DNA of 64,000 nt from contig OZ320316.1 of assembly GCA_976226885.1 (NCBI GenBank), forward strand, positions 36,084,001-36,148,000, read 5' to 3'. This document shows positions 1 through 11,658 of the stretch, in pieces (positions within the stretch are counted from its first letter, which is position 1; every line of letters starts with the position of its first letter). Below the pieces are notes generated by a model. It was not told where the DNA came from, did not search any database, and saw only the letters and a list, made by a program, of their open reading frames with translations. This stretch comes from Iphione sp. A-MEVVRFRX5 (taxonomy: Eukaryota). A program made the translations under genes and the position numbers.

Positions 1-228
1 TATGTTCTGGCAGAATATTGACGCCAATGTCTATTACAAATTTACTGTTGAACAATAAATAGGTTCTCCTCCTTGCAAAGATAGGATGACTGGTATTCAC
101 AGTTAATACCCCATCTTGGTAGACTCGGTACTGTGACCGAACCGCAAGATTAGCCGGTAGTTGCTATGAGGCCCAAATGATCCATGTAGTACAAAGGATT
201 AAATGATTCTTGAATATAGGGTACTTAC

Positions 229-309
229 CCAGTGATCCTCCCACACGCCTTTGACGATGGCCGGGCCGAAGGAGCGAGCAGAGTTGAAACTGCCTCCAGT
301 GTACGGGAT
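229..309 (-). CDS. Aquaporin (MIP family), second coding exon, containing the second NPA-type box
   Basis: Minus strand reads ctctctag|ATCCCGTACACTGGAGGC...GATCACTGG|gtaagt = [27 protein letters not shown]. The exon is 81 bp, phase 0-0, and joins exon 1 (...GAELFA) in frame. Later exons lie beyond the window start. Confidence 0.93.
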
Positions 310-1949
310 CTAGAGAGGGAGTAATACAGAGAAAAAGATCTCTAGTTTATACGACATGCAGGTGCTAAAATAAATCATATTCTCTTATATAATTGATCAA
401 TTTGTGTATCTAGGGAAAACTGTACGCAGCTTCACTGCACAAAGGCTTCAATCGCCGAATTCAATACAATGATTCAAAATCAGACATTACTAGTACAAAG
501 TAGCATTCGATGCTAGGTCTAAAGTGCCACTTATATTGTTATAAGTTCGAAACTCATACTAATCTTATTAGACGTGAAGAGAAAGCCTCGTTATGTTATC
601 AACCCCCACATAATCGAACAAGGCCATTTCATCGTCAATGGACTTTCAAACTACCCACTGAAATAATCGTTGAAAAGATAACAGGCAGACTAGCTCAGGC
701 AATCTCAAACTTCTTTAAGTCCACTCAGGACTTCTCGTCGCATCAAATGGAATTATCACATCATTCACAGATTCTTGTTTTTTCATTTACAGATTCTGTC
801 AACTGCGCCACAACAAATTAATCCGGCATCGAATGTTGCATAATACATTTTCGTGATAAAATATTCGTTATCCCTCATTTTGTATTTGTGAATTGTCACT
901 CTCATTATACAAGTACCTGAGCAGAAATGGCCAAGATTAAGTTTACTTTTTAGAGGTACCTTGACAAGACGTGTATTGAAATTGAAGTTGAACTTGAGGG
1001 AAACAAAAAGTGATGCGAAACAAGTATTTTACAGTAAAGTACTTCTTCTTCACCAGCCTTCTTCAACCTTCTATTCACCAAAACATGGACTAATTATCAC
1101 GACCATTGTTTCCATTACCTACAAAAATGTCTTTCCTAAACCATTTCTATTAAGGCACATTCAAGCTGAGCTTTGCTTACACTCTAACATCCAAGTAATG
1201 ACATTTCAGTATGAACTCTTTTTATTCGTGCATAGATGCACGACGCCTGATGCCAAGTGAAGTACTAGACTAGCCGATTGTAATTTGCCTGGTTCATTAT
1301 GCTCTAAATGGAGCCCTTGGGACGTTCAGAAATTGCCCTTCGCAGCTACTGATTGGCTGTAAAAGCATTGTCAAACAGCTCATTTCGTGAATTTTAGAGT
1401 GATTTAATAGCATCAACGTGTAAGTAGGGAATGGGAAATGATGAAGGCTATGCAGAGTGTCGTACGAACAGTGTCCACGGTTTGTAATTACAGGCTTCAT
1501 ACGTGCTGAGTGAAAGTTACTCCATCTGTTTCGTTTCCTGCACGCCACCCACGACATATCCTATATATTTTACTTATTCCTTCATCAAATGCTGAGGTTT
1601 TCCATTTTCCGGAATAATATGCTTAGAACGGATTCATTGACCCTTGCCATGGTTTTGAAAGTAATGTTTATTCGTCTTCCTTTCTGCAAATCTCACCCAC
1701 AAGAAAATAAACAACGGTAGGAAGGAATATTGTCTTCATGCGGAACAATAAAATGTCTTATTACAGTGGTATGCATGAGGAATTATGCACAATACAATAA
1801 GAATAGGAAAGCCAAATAAGTCAGACTGCCACAAATGGATGGGCTAATTCCACATTTGTTATATCCCTCAAGTAGCACTGGTCGCACGGTTTATCGTTCT
1901 CTTTGAGGCAGTAGACACTCATCAACGTCAGCCTTGCCGCTTGTTAGGC

Positions 1950-3300
1950 ATTTTCTATGGGTCGTTCGGTACACACACGTCAACCTTGAGTACTGAGGGG
2001 AGGGGGTCCTGGAAAAATGTATTCTTGGTGGGGAAGGTAAAGTCAGGGGCGGCACCTCCTAGTACGTAATTAGCCTTGCCATGGACCATCATCTTTAACA
2101 CCTAATGTCGACGGTGAGTAGGTAAAAAGGGTACTCTAGACTTATGCCGCACCGAAAACGTCTTGGTGTTTTTTGTGTCTTTTTTTTTGCATACAGGCCA
2201 AGACCCGGGTGCCCATGACGGAGCAAAAAACACTTTCTTCAGATCAGGATAATGTGAACTGATGATGGAAGGAATTTTTTTCACCAGCGTGGAACAGTTC
2301 ACGTGGTCGCTACCCGGGGTTCTTTCTTTGACTAGCCTCGTCAACATCACCGATGATTTTAAAGAGGCAAAATTCGGTTGATGGGTATCATGTCTTTCCT
2401 GATGTTATATAAGGATTTGCATGCAAGAAATACTATGCTCGGTTTGTGCTTGGAGATGCATAGGAATAGCAACTTTAAAAGACGCCTGGTGTAGTCAGGG
2501 TTGTTGCACGGAATAGATGCCAGGGTTATTCACCTTGAAAGGAAGATCTGCATGCAGTCAATGTGCGGGCATTTTTTCAGGTGTGCATGGAGGCTGATTG
2601 CCAAAGAAGTCCATCATTAAAGGGAGAACTCTAATCGTTCATAAACCCGCATACACTGCTGTAAACTGTATACTTGAAGAGGACAATTATAAATCGGAAG
2701 GTGATACCTGCGGACTGGAAGATTCTGTTGAACAGCATAAAACTAAATACGGCAGACACATCGCGATCGTTCTTCTATAAATCTTGTTTTGTCTCGTCGG
2801 GATGAATAGTAATTTTAAGCTTATACTAGCGAAATGGCACCGCAATGGTGATTTTTATGACATTACAGATATAGACAGTGTGTGGACCATGGTTATCGAT
2901 TGTTCCCAGGGGCGGAAAGCTCATCTGAAATGTATGTTATGCTCAGGCAATGGTAAGATTCCCATCGCAAGATTACTTCACCACCACTTTCTTCCCTAGC
3001 ATTTTATTATCCAGCGAACTCCTCCGGAATGATCATTACAATTAGAACACAAGTTCGTGCCCTGGATTTTCCTAAAACAGGAAATTGGAAGGCGAAAAGA
3101 TGGGCAATAAGTATGCCAGCATTCGTATTTCAACTTTGATATGAGGTCATGGCCTGTGATTTGGCCTCTGATGGTCACCCCTATACTCTGCAGTATCCTG
3201 GGGTCGACGTGAATCCGACAAGAATTTGGCAGTTAATAGGTGCGGGCCATGATACATTAAACTGCAAGTGTGTCTGGCGAGACCTGTTTCCCATGTTGGA
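1950..3300 (-). mobile_element. Highly decayed Penelope-like retroelement RT fragment
   Basis: Frameshifted minus-strand pieces resemble Penelope RT motifs: ARTY*LP (cf. FYxLPKIHK), FASISLKLLFIP (cf. SxDVxSLYTNIP), SPFNDGLLWQ...KNARTL (cf. FxFNxxxYxQ...KxAPTL) and ISSHYPDLKKVFFAP (cf. LQSDPDLKKVFP). Boundaries approximate. Confidence 0.5.
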
Positions 3301-5088
3301 GACGCTATCAGCTTCAGTAAACGGACGACACCCCATCCAGCCAGAATTCACAGCCAAGCAACACTATTGTAACGTGACTAGCGTAGAGAGAAATGAGAAG
3401 TCAACGGACTGAGTAAAAATAATCTTGAGAAAAAGTAGAATATAAGTTTCACTCCAATATACACTAAATCGTTGTGCATGGAATGGTCTCTCGTGTGTGC
3501 AAAGAGAAAGGGTCTGTTTATTCCAAAACATGGGTTTATATATGACAGTGTTACATAAGAGTGACTAAAAATAGGATGTCTAGACACCTGCTTATGCGCA
3601 GCAAATAAACAATCCGCGCAGTACCCCTACTACACAGCATCACAATCCGTGAGGTACCTCTACTACGCAGTAACTCTACTGGTCTGGAAGTCGTCACGGA
3701 TCGCACCCCATCCCGGATCACGGATTCCGTTACGGACCGTTCTCACGGACCAACCATCCTTCTAACGCTATACGCTCCTATGACATGCATACACTACACT
3801 ATTCATTATACAAATTTAGGAAGCAATGCACCACGAATTAATGAAGCATAATCACGTTATTAATCCACAAGAAATTCTTTACAGTAACGATACATTCGTT
3901 TTAATCGTATACATCGTATCAACGTGTGCCGCATACGCAATATGGCCGTAAGGAGAAAGTCTGGCAGGGATTCAACGACGGGTAAGGGTGCTACCCTGAA
4001 GTGCAAATTTATCCACAGCTTTAAACCTTCAGTTGTTAAGACCTTAATCTATAATCGACGGGATTGGATTAGCATTCTTGGAACTTGGTGAAAGCGGAAG
4101 ATGAACTAAAAGGCAATCAATATAGTGCTGTGGGTTGTTGAGATAGCCAGGCTTCTCGGGAATATTCTCCTCCGTTTTGAAGCTTGATTATTATCCTTTA
4201 TGTGAACATATACTACGCATTTAGCGATGCCTTTCCCCCTGGGAGCAGGTGGTCTCCTAGGAAACATTAAACTGTGAAATCATGTATGAGAATCAGAAGA
4301 TTTAAACATTGCACATCACTGCCTGTGACAGAAAAGCAACAGAGTTGTGTTGTTTAGCTGGAAGCGAACCAATTATTTTTTGGTTCCGTGACAGCTAAAA
4401 CATCCGTAACTGTTGCCATGTGGTGAGGTTAATGCGGGGACCGATGGTTGCCAAGTAAATGCACCACAACTGTGTATATACAAAAGTGTTAGATTACAAA
4501 CAGAGGTCCCATTTAAGTCGATCTAAGGCTCAGCAGACCTATGGCTAATGCACATTATGCCGCCATTAATTGATGTGCACGGTCTTTGTGAGCTTGGATG
4601 TGATACATGTGTTACTGTTGTGATGTGCGTAGATGGCACGTTGAGGAGACTGGTTTCATGCGTTTTGGGAAATAAGTAAAGCTTGTTTAGTATTTTTGCG
4701 AACATCTTTTCAGCAGCCCTGAAGGAAAACTAAAATAAATAAATATTGAAATCTTACAAGACATGTTCAGAGCAGTACTTGAGACTGCTGCCAAGAAGCG
4801 TGCTTGTCTATTCAATATATAATATAACATTATTACACTGGTGTTTGAGTGTTTGTGCTTATCAGTCTAGTCATTATCAGAAAAAAAAGAACTGTCTATG
4901 ATGTTGTAGATTTATAACGTGTAGAGGCGAATATTCGCTTCTAGTACATCTGCTCTGTGACCTTTCTTTATACAAAGTGGCAGATTTGCTGCTAGCGTGC
5001 CCGATCGCTGTCGATGTTTGTTTAACTAGGGCTGGAATTCCTCACGCAAGAAAAAGAGGCATGCTGGTCGAAGGTGGCACTAATCTGG

Positions 5089-5146
5089 ATTAATCACGTG
5101 GTCAGTGACGTCATCCAAGGGATGAGCTGTGCGCAATCTAGCCATT
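5089..5146 (+). repeat. DIRS left inverted terminal repeat
   Basis: 5089-5125 is the exact reverse complement of 11457-11493; 5116-5146 is the exact reverse complement of 11659-11689. Confidence 0.93.
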
Positions 5147-6727
5147 CTGTGCTTGTTGCTTGGAGCGTGCGGACGTGTCCTAACGCTCCTCGTGACCTAG
5201 TCTGTCCTCTCCTCTCTTAGCGGATGCTGAGAGAGGGGGGACACCTCGAGTATGTAAGGGTTGTACGAGGCCCCCCATCTGGCCAAATACAATCCTGGCA
5301 TATTCACTCTTGCCTAGGGGTACGCTCTCTATGAGAATAACCCCTTATTCCGACACACCCTGGCCTTCCTGGGGAGTGTCGAAGCTGAACATGGTAACAT
5401 GCTGGTAACATCACTAACCTTGTTTCAGAAGTCTCCTTGAGGCATCCTGTATGAACCCAGGAGTAATCCCTCGGAGCCTCCAGAGGCACCCTGTAAATTA
5501 CAGGCATAATCCCTCGGAGTTTTCATTCCCAGTAGGTTTCCCGCACAAAAACGGGAATAAATCCTCGGGAACAGGTCGGGCCCCGGCCCGCACCGAAGTT
5601 CTGCACCGATCCGGGTCCTACGGGCAACTTCTGCCCGAAAATCCGAAGTCGCTGCAGAACGCTGAAACTAGATGGGCACATTGCGGGCCAGACCCGCAAA
5701 GCACCCACGAAGTTTCGGAAAGATCCGACGAACTCGGGTTCTCGGATTTTTTCCTGGCCATACGGAGCTGAAACTCGGTAAGCACGTTACGGGCCTGGCC
5801 CGCAGTGCTCCGGGAACGCTCCGGGAACATTCCGGATAAGTTCGGAATGAAAATCCAAAATGGCCGCAGCCCGCCAAAACTTTGGGAAAAGTACACACAA
5901 CGTACATGCTTTGTTCCCACAAAGGCGCAGCCTCGCACTGACGCGCAGGCGGGTACAAAGGCCACCCCTGCTACGGGGTCCCCCACGGGCGCCCGCGTCC
6001 TGTGACGTCACGGGAGCGCGGACGTGGGTGGAAGCGGTCAAAAATGTTTGTACCGTCCCCCCGGAGGCGTAGCCGAAAGCGCGGCGTGGACCCGCGAGTA
6101 GACTCCCTCCGGGACTACGGCCACTTCGTTATGGTCCCCCGACCATAAGTCTGGCCGAAATGCTCCGATTCCTCTGAGAATTGGCACGTACATCCGTCCC
6201 ACTCGGGGCTACGTGCATTCCAAAAATGGAGTTGATACGACAATTCCCGGCAAAGTTATGCCCGAAACAGTGGTTACGTTTTCGCCGAGTTCGGGTGCGG
6301 GAGACACCATGTCGGGAGACCTCGGGTCTCAGAGACCTAAGTCCTCAGAAACTTGCGCATGGGTCTCAGGAGTGCACACAAAAAATTTCGCGCGCATAGG
6401 ACCAACGGTTCAAAAGTTATCGCGAAAACACTGCCCCTACCTATAGTTTGGCATTGATGGCCAAGATGGCCAGAGATGGCAAAAGGGGGGGGACAGTCCA
6501 AACGAGAGCATGGGGACAGTCCAAACGAGGGTGGGGGACGGTCCAAACATGGACCCCCATCCCTTATCGTTTGTTCAGTGATAAGGGCGAGAGAGTGGAC
6601 CTGGGTGTAAGCACCCAGGAGGGGTTCATAAGGGACCCCTGGAGAGGATTCCAGACATCTGCTGACCACTTGCTGATCAGTAAAGAAGTCCAGTGGAACT
6701 CCAGAAAATCTTCACCACCATCTCACC

Positions 6728-8287
6728 ATGGCAGAACAGCACTCCGAAATCGAAGTGGAGAAGTTCAGCTCAGGGCCTGACTCTGAAGCTGAAGTTACCT
6801 TCCCCACCCTTCAGTGTGGCCAGATTGACCCTCAGGAAAATCTGGATGACACCCAACCCGATCCGGCCTTGGATCTGGGTAAGGGTTCAGCGACCGGGCC
6901 GGTTCTGGCCCTGGGTGGTCCCAGTTCGGGGACCCCTAGGATTCCGGTCGTCCACAAAGGGTCGAAGGGCGGCGTCACAAAGCAGACCCCCAAAGGAGCA
7001 GCCACCCCCAAACCGGGACACGGCAAGCCATCGGGTTCGAAGCTGGCCTCGGAGGCCATCCCCGACAGGGGCAGGTCCGAGAGGTCGGACCGGAAGCGAC
7101 GACGCATTCGGTCTAGGTCAGGGTCCGGTTCGGGATCCCGGTCTAGGTCCCGGTCGTCATCAAGACGCCTGTCCGGGGGCTCGGCTGACTGGGGCAGAGC
7201 TTTTGGAAGTGAGCAAATGCTCATGGCGATGCGCTGTATGGCGGAGGCCTGTGCGGACCGCATGGGACTAGGCCGCGGCGAGTCCCCCCGGTACAGGGGG
7301 CACAAAAGACGGAGACACCAGATCTCCAGCTCGGAGTATTCCAGCAGCGAGGAGGAGCCATGGGAGGAGGACAGCGTTCTGTCAGTCCCCGTGGTCCCCG
7401 CCCCAACGGACGTGGGACAAGCGCCGACGGACCCGCCGAGCGCCCCCGTACCTGTGCCAGCCCCGACCGGGGATGACACGGCGACACAGGCCCCAGCTCA
7501 GAACAGTCGCCTGGAGGAGTTCCAGGGAGAGCGTCCCCCGGTGGAGGACAAGGTGACGGCGGCTGCCTCGGAAGCAGTAGAGAGGCTCGTCACTACATAT
7601 TGGAACTTCCCCTTGACCAGGGCGAAGGCCAAGGAGCTTACTGACACCCTGGAAAGGCCGGAAAACCTCAAAGTCCTGAAAAGGACTAGGCTGAACCCGG
7701 AGCTCACGCTCAAGGACTCTGACATCAGCCGAGACAAGCAGGTGGCGGAAATCCTCCACCTGAACCAGTTTGCCGCCCTGCCCCTCCTCGAGATGGTCAG
7801 CGCGTACGATGCAGGGCAACCGCTGGACCCCAAGGAGGTGGTCGCACGGGTGACTACATCCATGAAACTGATGGGCAGAGAGTCCCACCTCCTCAACCAC
7901 CAGAGGAGGGACATCATCCGGTTCCGGCTACCGCCCGCTTACCGCAGACTTTGCGTAACCGGGCCCCAGGAGGACTGGGAGCTCTTGCTGGGTGAGAACA
8001 TTCCGGACCGGGTCAGAGAATGTTCAGAGGCCCGGAAGCTGGAGCAGACGCTGACGACGCGCCGACCCCCAGCGAAGCCGGCCCAACCGACGACGAGACC
8101 CCAGGCCCCCCAGGGCAGATCCGGGTACGGTGGCTCCCATTACGGGCGCCAAGGCGGCAGCAGCCAGCAGAGTCGCTCCAGCCACAGCAGCGGAGGCGGC
8201 GGCCATCGCCAGCAGCCAAAAAACGGCCAGCGCCGGCAGACCAAGAGGTCTGCCACCCACAAGAGCCAGAAGCCGAAGAAGAAGTAG
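6728..8287 (+). CDS. DIRS ORF1, gag-like protein (519 aa)
   Basis: Long ORF directly upstream of pol within the element. Contains an RS-rich and basic tract, a helical central region and a basic, low-complexity C-terminus. Assignment is positional. Confidence 0.85.
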   Translation: MAEQHSEIEVEKFSSGPDSEAEVTFPTLQCGQIDPQENLDDTQPDPALDLGKGSATGPVLALGGPSSGTPRIPVVHKGSKGGVTKQTPKGAATPKPGHGKPSGSKLASEAIPDRGRSERSDRKRRRIRSRSGSGSGSRSRSRSSSRRLSGGSADWGRAFGSEQMLMAMRCMAEACADRMGLGRGESPRYRGHKRRRHQISSSEYSSSEEEPWEEDSVLSVPVVPAPTDVGQAPTDPPSAPVPVPAPTGDDTATQAPAQNSRLEEFQGERPPVEDKVTAAASEAVERLVTTYWNFPLTRAKAKELTDTLERPENLKVLKRTRLNPELTLKDSDISRDKQVAEILHLNQFAALPLLEMVSAYDAGQPLDPKEVVARVTTSMKLMGRESHLLNHQRRDIIRFRLPPAYRRLCVTGPQEDWELLLGENIPDRVRECSEARKLEQTLTTRRPPAKPAQPTTRPQAPQGRSGYGGSHYGRQGGSSQQSRSSHSSGGGGHRQQPKNGQRRQTKRSATHKSQKPKKK

Positions 8288-10229
8288 AGGTGGGTACCAG
8301 TTTACCTACTTCCCCAGTTGATGGTCTTGTTTCATGTTCGCTCACCCCAGGTCCCTTCAAAGCAGGGAGAGTGGCAGACAGGGCAGACAGCTGGGACCGC
8401 CTGACGGGGAACTCCTACATCCGCGGACTAGCGCGGGAGTCACCCTAGACCTCTCCGGTTTCCCGACCCAGGAGACCACACCGTCAGTGCCGGAATCGCA
8501 CAAGGATTTTGACGTATTCCGCCGACTGGTGGACGACATGTTGGAGGAGGGAGTTGTGGAGAAGGCAGGCCCTTCGGACCGTGCATTGGTATCCACCATC
8601 TTCCTCCGGCCCAAGAAGGACGGGACCCACAGAGTGATCCTGAACTTAAAAAAGTTCAACGAGTGGGTCCCCCACCAACATTTCAAGATGGACAATCTAT
8701 CGGCCGTCCTCCCTCTGTTGGGGAGGAACTTTTACTTTACGTCGGTAGACATTGTCCACGCATACTTCTCAGTTGCGGTTCGGGAAAGAGACAGGGACTT
8801 TCTCCAGTTCATACTGGGGAAAGACAGGTACCGCTTCACCTGCCTCCCAAACGGGCTGGCATCCGCGCCGCGGATGTTTACTCAGATGATGCGGGCAGTT
8901 CTGGGCGAGGTCAGGCAGCGCACCGATGCCATCATCTCGGCCTACCTCGATGACATTCTGGTCTGCCACAGAGACGCCGGGATAGTGTCTCAGGGCACCA
9001 AGGTCCTGGTCGAGACCCTGCAGGATTTGGGGTTTCTTATCCATCCAGACAAGTCGGTGCTGACGCCCACACAGCGAGTAGAACACCTGGGCTTCGTGAT
9101 TGACTCACCCTCGCTCACTGTCCGCCTGCCCGCAGGGAAGGTGGCGGACATAAAGAAAGCTTGCACGGAGTACCTGCGTAAGGACTCCGCCTCGGTCAGG
9201 CAGCTGGCCTGCCTGGCTGGCAAGCTACAGGCCACCTCCCAGGCTATACCACTGGCTCATCTCTACACTATGAACCTGGTACTGGATAAGAACCAGGGTC
9301 TCCTAGCCTCTCGGGGAGACTATGAGGCCACCACCACTATCTCGGAGAGGTCCAAGCGGGACCTGCAATGGTGGATACGGCACGTTGGCAGTGATGTCAG
9401 GGCCATAAAAGACCCCCCAGTCCAAGTAGAAATCTACACGGACGCGTCGAAGACGGGATGGGGCATGTATGTGGAATCCACAGATTGGTCGTACGGAGAG
9501 GCCTGGACGACACGCACTGCCCGCAGACACATCAACGAGCTGGAGCTCTGGGCAGTGAAGGCAGCCCTGATCCAAGCAGAGTACTTGTGCGTGGGGAAAC
9601 ACGTCCGCATACATACGGACAACACCACCACGCTGCTGACCATCCAGAACAAGGGGTCGGCCAGATCGCCCCCCTGCAACGATCTGGCAAGGGAGATCTT
9701 AGTGTTCTGCGAGAAAAGGAACATCACCCTGACGATGGCCTTCTGCCCGGGGGTGGACAACGTCATGGCGGACGAGGCCAGCCGGCAATACAAAGACTGC
9801 GGGGAGTGGGCCCTCAACCCTGCCGTGTTTGCCACTCTCCTAGAAGAGGAAAGGGGGGGGCACACCCGTATTGACATTGATTTGTTTGCCTCCAACCATA
9901 ACCATAAATGTGACCGTTATGTCTCTTGGGGCTATGACCCAGAGGCCTTCGCCTGTGATGCTTTCTCCCTTGACTGGACAGGTCTGCATGCGCTCATCTT
10001 TCCCCCGTTCTCTGTTATCCCCAGGGTTCTACAGAAGATCAGACGGGAGAGACCGCGGGGGCTGTTGATCCTCCCACACTGGAGGACACAGCCCTGGTTC
10101 AATGCGGCCAGGACACTGACCTTCAGAGCGGAGAGACGGCTGCCGGTGGAGACAGACACGCTGACACGGGGCCTCCAAGAACACCACCCGTGCGCAGGGA
10201 GGATGCACCTCTGGATCCTGACCCTATGA
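8020..10229 (+). CDS. DIRS pol (RT, RNase H, adenine-methyltransferase-like domain), with a 1-nt frameshift near 8435
   Basis: YLDD at 8943-8954; LPNGLASAPRMF; RNase H motifs YTDASKTGWG, HINELEL, HTDN, NVMADEAS; MT-like IDLFAS and IFPPF. The N-terminal AGRV...WDRLT block lies in the 8020-8448 frame; the remainder lies in the 8334-10229 frame. Confidence 0.93.
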
Positions 10230-11206
10230 CGGCCAAGCTCATGGGGGTCGGGCTTCCGGGGCCGATCGCCCGCCGCATGGCCCAGGGATGGGCCGTGTCC
10301 TCCAAGAAGCAGTATCTGTCCCTACTGACCCGCTTCGAGGCCTTCTGCTCGGCCAACGGAGTGGACTCGAAGGCACCGGGGCTCCTACATGCCCTGGAGT
10401 TCTTGGAAGGGCTCGTGGAGGAGGACCTGTCCTACTCCACCATCAACGCGGCCCGCAGCCTGCTCTCCAGCTTTGTGCTATTGGAGGGCAACCTCACCTT
10501 CGGCTCGCACCCGCATGTCACGAGGTTCATGCGGGGAGTCAGGCGAGCGAAACCCTTTGTGGCCAAGCACAAAGACGTCTGGGACGTCGGCCCAGTGCTG
10601 AGGAAACTGGCCACTTGGGGCGAGGCGCACACCCTCAACCTGGAGAGGCTCACCAAGAAGACGGTGACCCTATGCCTACTGGCCTCCGGGCAGAGGGTGC
10701 AGACCCTCCAAGTAGCAAAACGAGAGGACGTCCGCTTCGACCACGATGCCTGCACAATCAGGATATCGGGACGTCTGAAGCACTCGAGACAGAATTTCGA
10801 GAACCCCACCTTGACTTTCCATCCCTTCGAGGACAAGACGTTGTGCGTCTATGACCACCTTGCAACGTATATCGCTGCAACAGACGCGTTTCAACACAAG
10901 GGTGCGCTGTTCGTGGGCTATTCCCACAAGGTCCCTGTGACGGGGTCAACTCTGGCCAAGTACACCAAGGACACGCTGAAGTCCTGTGGCCTAGATACGG
11001 ACACCTTCACGGCCCACAGCACGAGATCGGCCTCCACCAGTAAAGGCCTGCAAATGGGCCTGCCGCTGGACACTATCCTGAAGGCGGGAGGCTGGTCAGA
11101 CGAGTCAACGTTCACGCGGTTCTACAAACGACCGATTCGGCGGCCAGGAGATTTCTGCCGCACGATTCTAGAAAGCGCGAACACGGCCACGGACTCAGGT
11201 GTTTAA
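10226..11206 (+). CDS. DIRS tyrosine recombinase (about 326 aa from ATG 10226; the frame is open from 10190)
   Basis: Catalytic set is recognisable: SGQRVQTL (R), LKHSR (K), AHSTR (HxxR), GWS (W) and RFY (Y). The N-terminal SSKKQY...YSTINAARSLLS block resembles the core-binding domain. Confidence 0.95.
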   Translation: MTAKLMGVGLPGPIARRMAQGWAVSSKKQYLSLLTRFEAFCSANGVDSKAPGLLHALEFLEGLVEEDLSYSTINAARSLLSSFVLLEGNLTFGSHPHVTRFMRGVRRAKPFVAKHKDVWDVGPVLRKLATWGEAHTLNLERLTKKTVTLCLLASGQRVQTLQVAKREDVRFDHDACTIRISGRLKHSRQNFENPTLTFHPFEDKTLCVYDHLATYIAATDAFQHKGALFVGYSHKVPVTGSTLAKYTKDTLKSCGLDTDTFTAHSTRSASTSKGLQMGLPLDTILKAGGWSDESTFTRFYKRPIRRPGDFCRTILESANTATDSGV

Positions 11207-11456
11207 TAATTGTGCTGTCTCACAATAAGTATACCTTTGTCACCTCGTCGTTACCTTCCATGTGTCCTCAGAAATAAAGGCTTTGTGGCCAAGTTTTTTC
11301 TTAACTCGGCCTTGGAGTGGCTTTTATTAGGGACAAGGGACTGGTTCCCGAAATCCCTACTCGTTGCGGACCACTCACAGGCCTCGGTGGGGGTGTTCTT
11401 CCCCCCCCCGAGGACCAGTGAGGTCCAGGTGCAGGGATACTGGCGCGGTAGACAAA

Positions 11457-11564
11457 TCATCCCTTGGATGACGTCACTGACCACGTGATTAATACTCTAA
11501 TTAAACGAGTTTACGACGTTTGATTAGGATTAATCTAGTGGGAATAGTGACGTCATATCAAGGG
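11457..11564 (+). repeat. DIRS internal complementary region (ICR)
   Basis: 11457-11493 pairs with the left end (37/37). 11490-11564 pairs with 11684-11758 (75/75). The two halves overlap on TAAT. Confidence 0.95.
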
Positions 11565-11658
11565 CCCGCCCTGGAGAACCTTGAGGCCTTACTTGCGTAG
11601 GCACCGGTTCCCTTCCTCACCCAGGATATCCAGTATCCCAGCACCATAATTGGCAAAT

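Noticed and set aside
1297-1356. Possible aquaporin terminal exon (ttttacag|PISSCEGQFLNVPRAPFRA*)
   Set aside because: It lies between exons 1 and 2, which already join perfectly, and has no MIP similarity.
6832-11115. Many long antisense and alternate-frame ORFs across the DIRS element
   Set aside because: Expected shadows of GC-rich coding sequence, with no motifs. The exception is 8020-8448, which is the displaced pol N-terminus.
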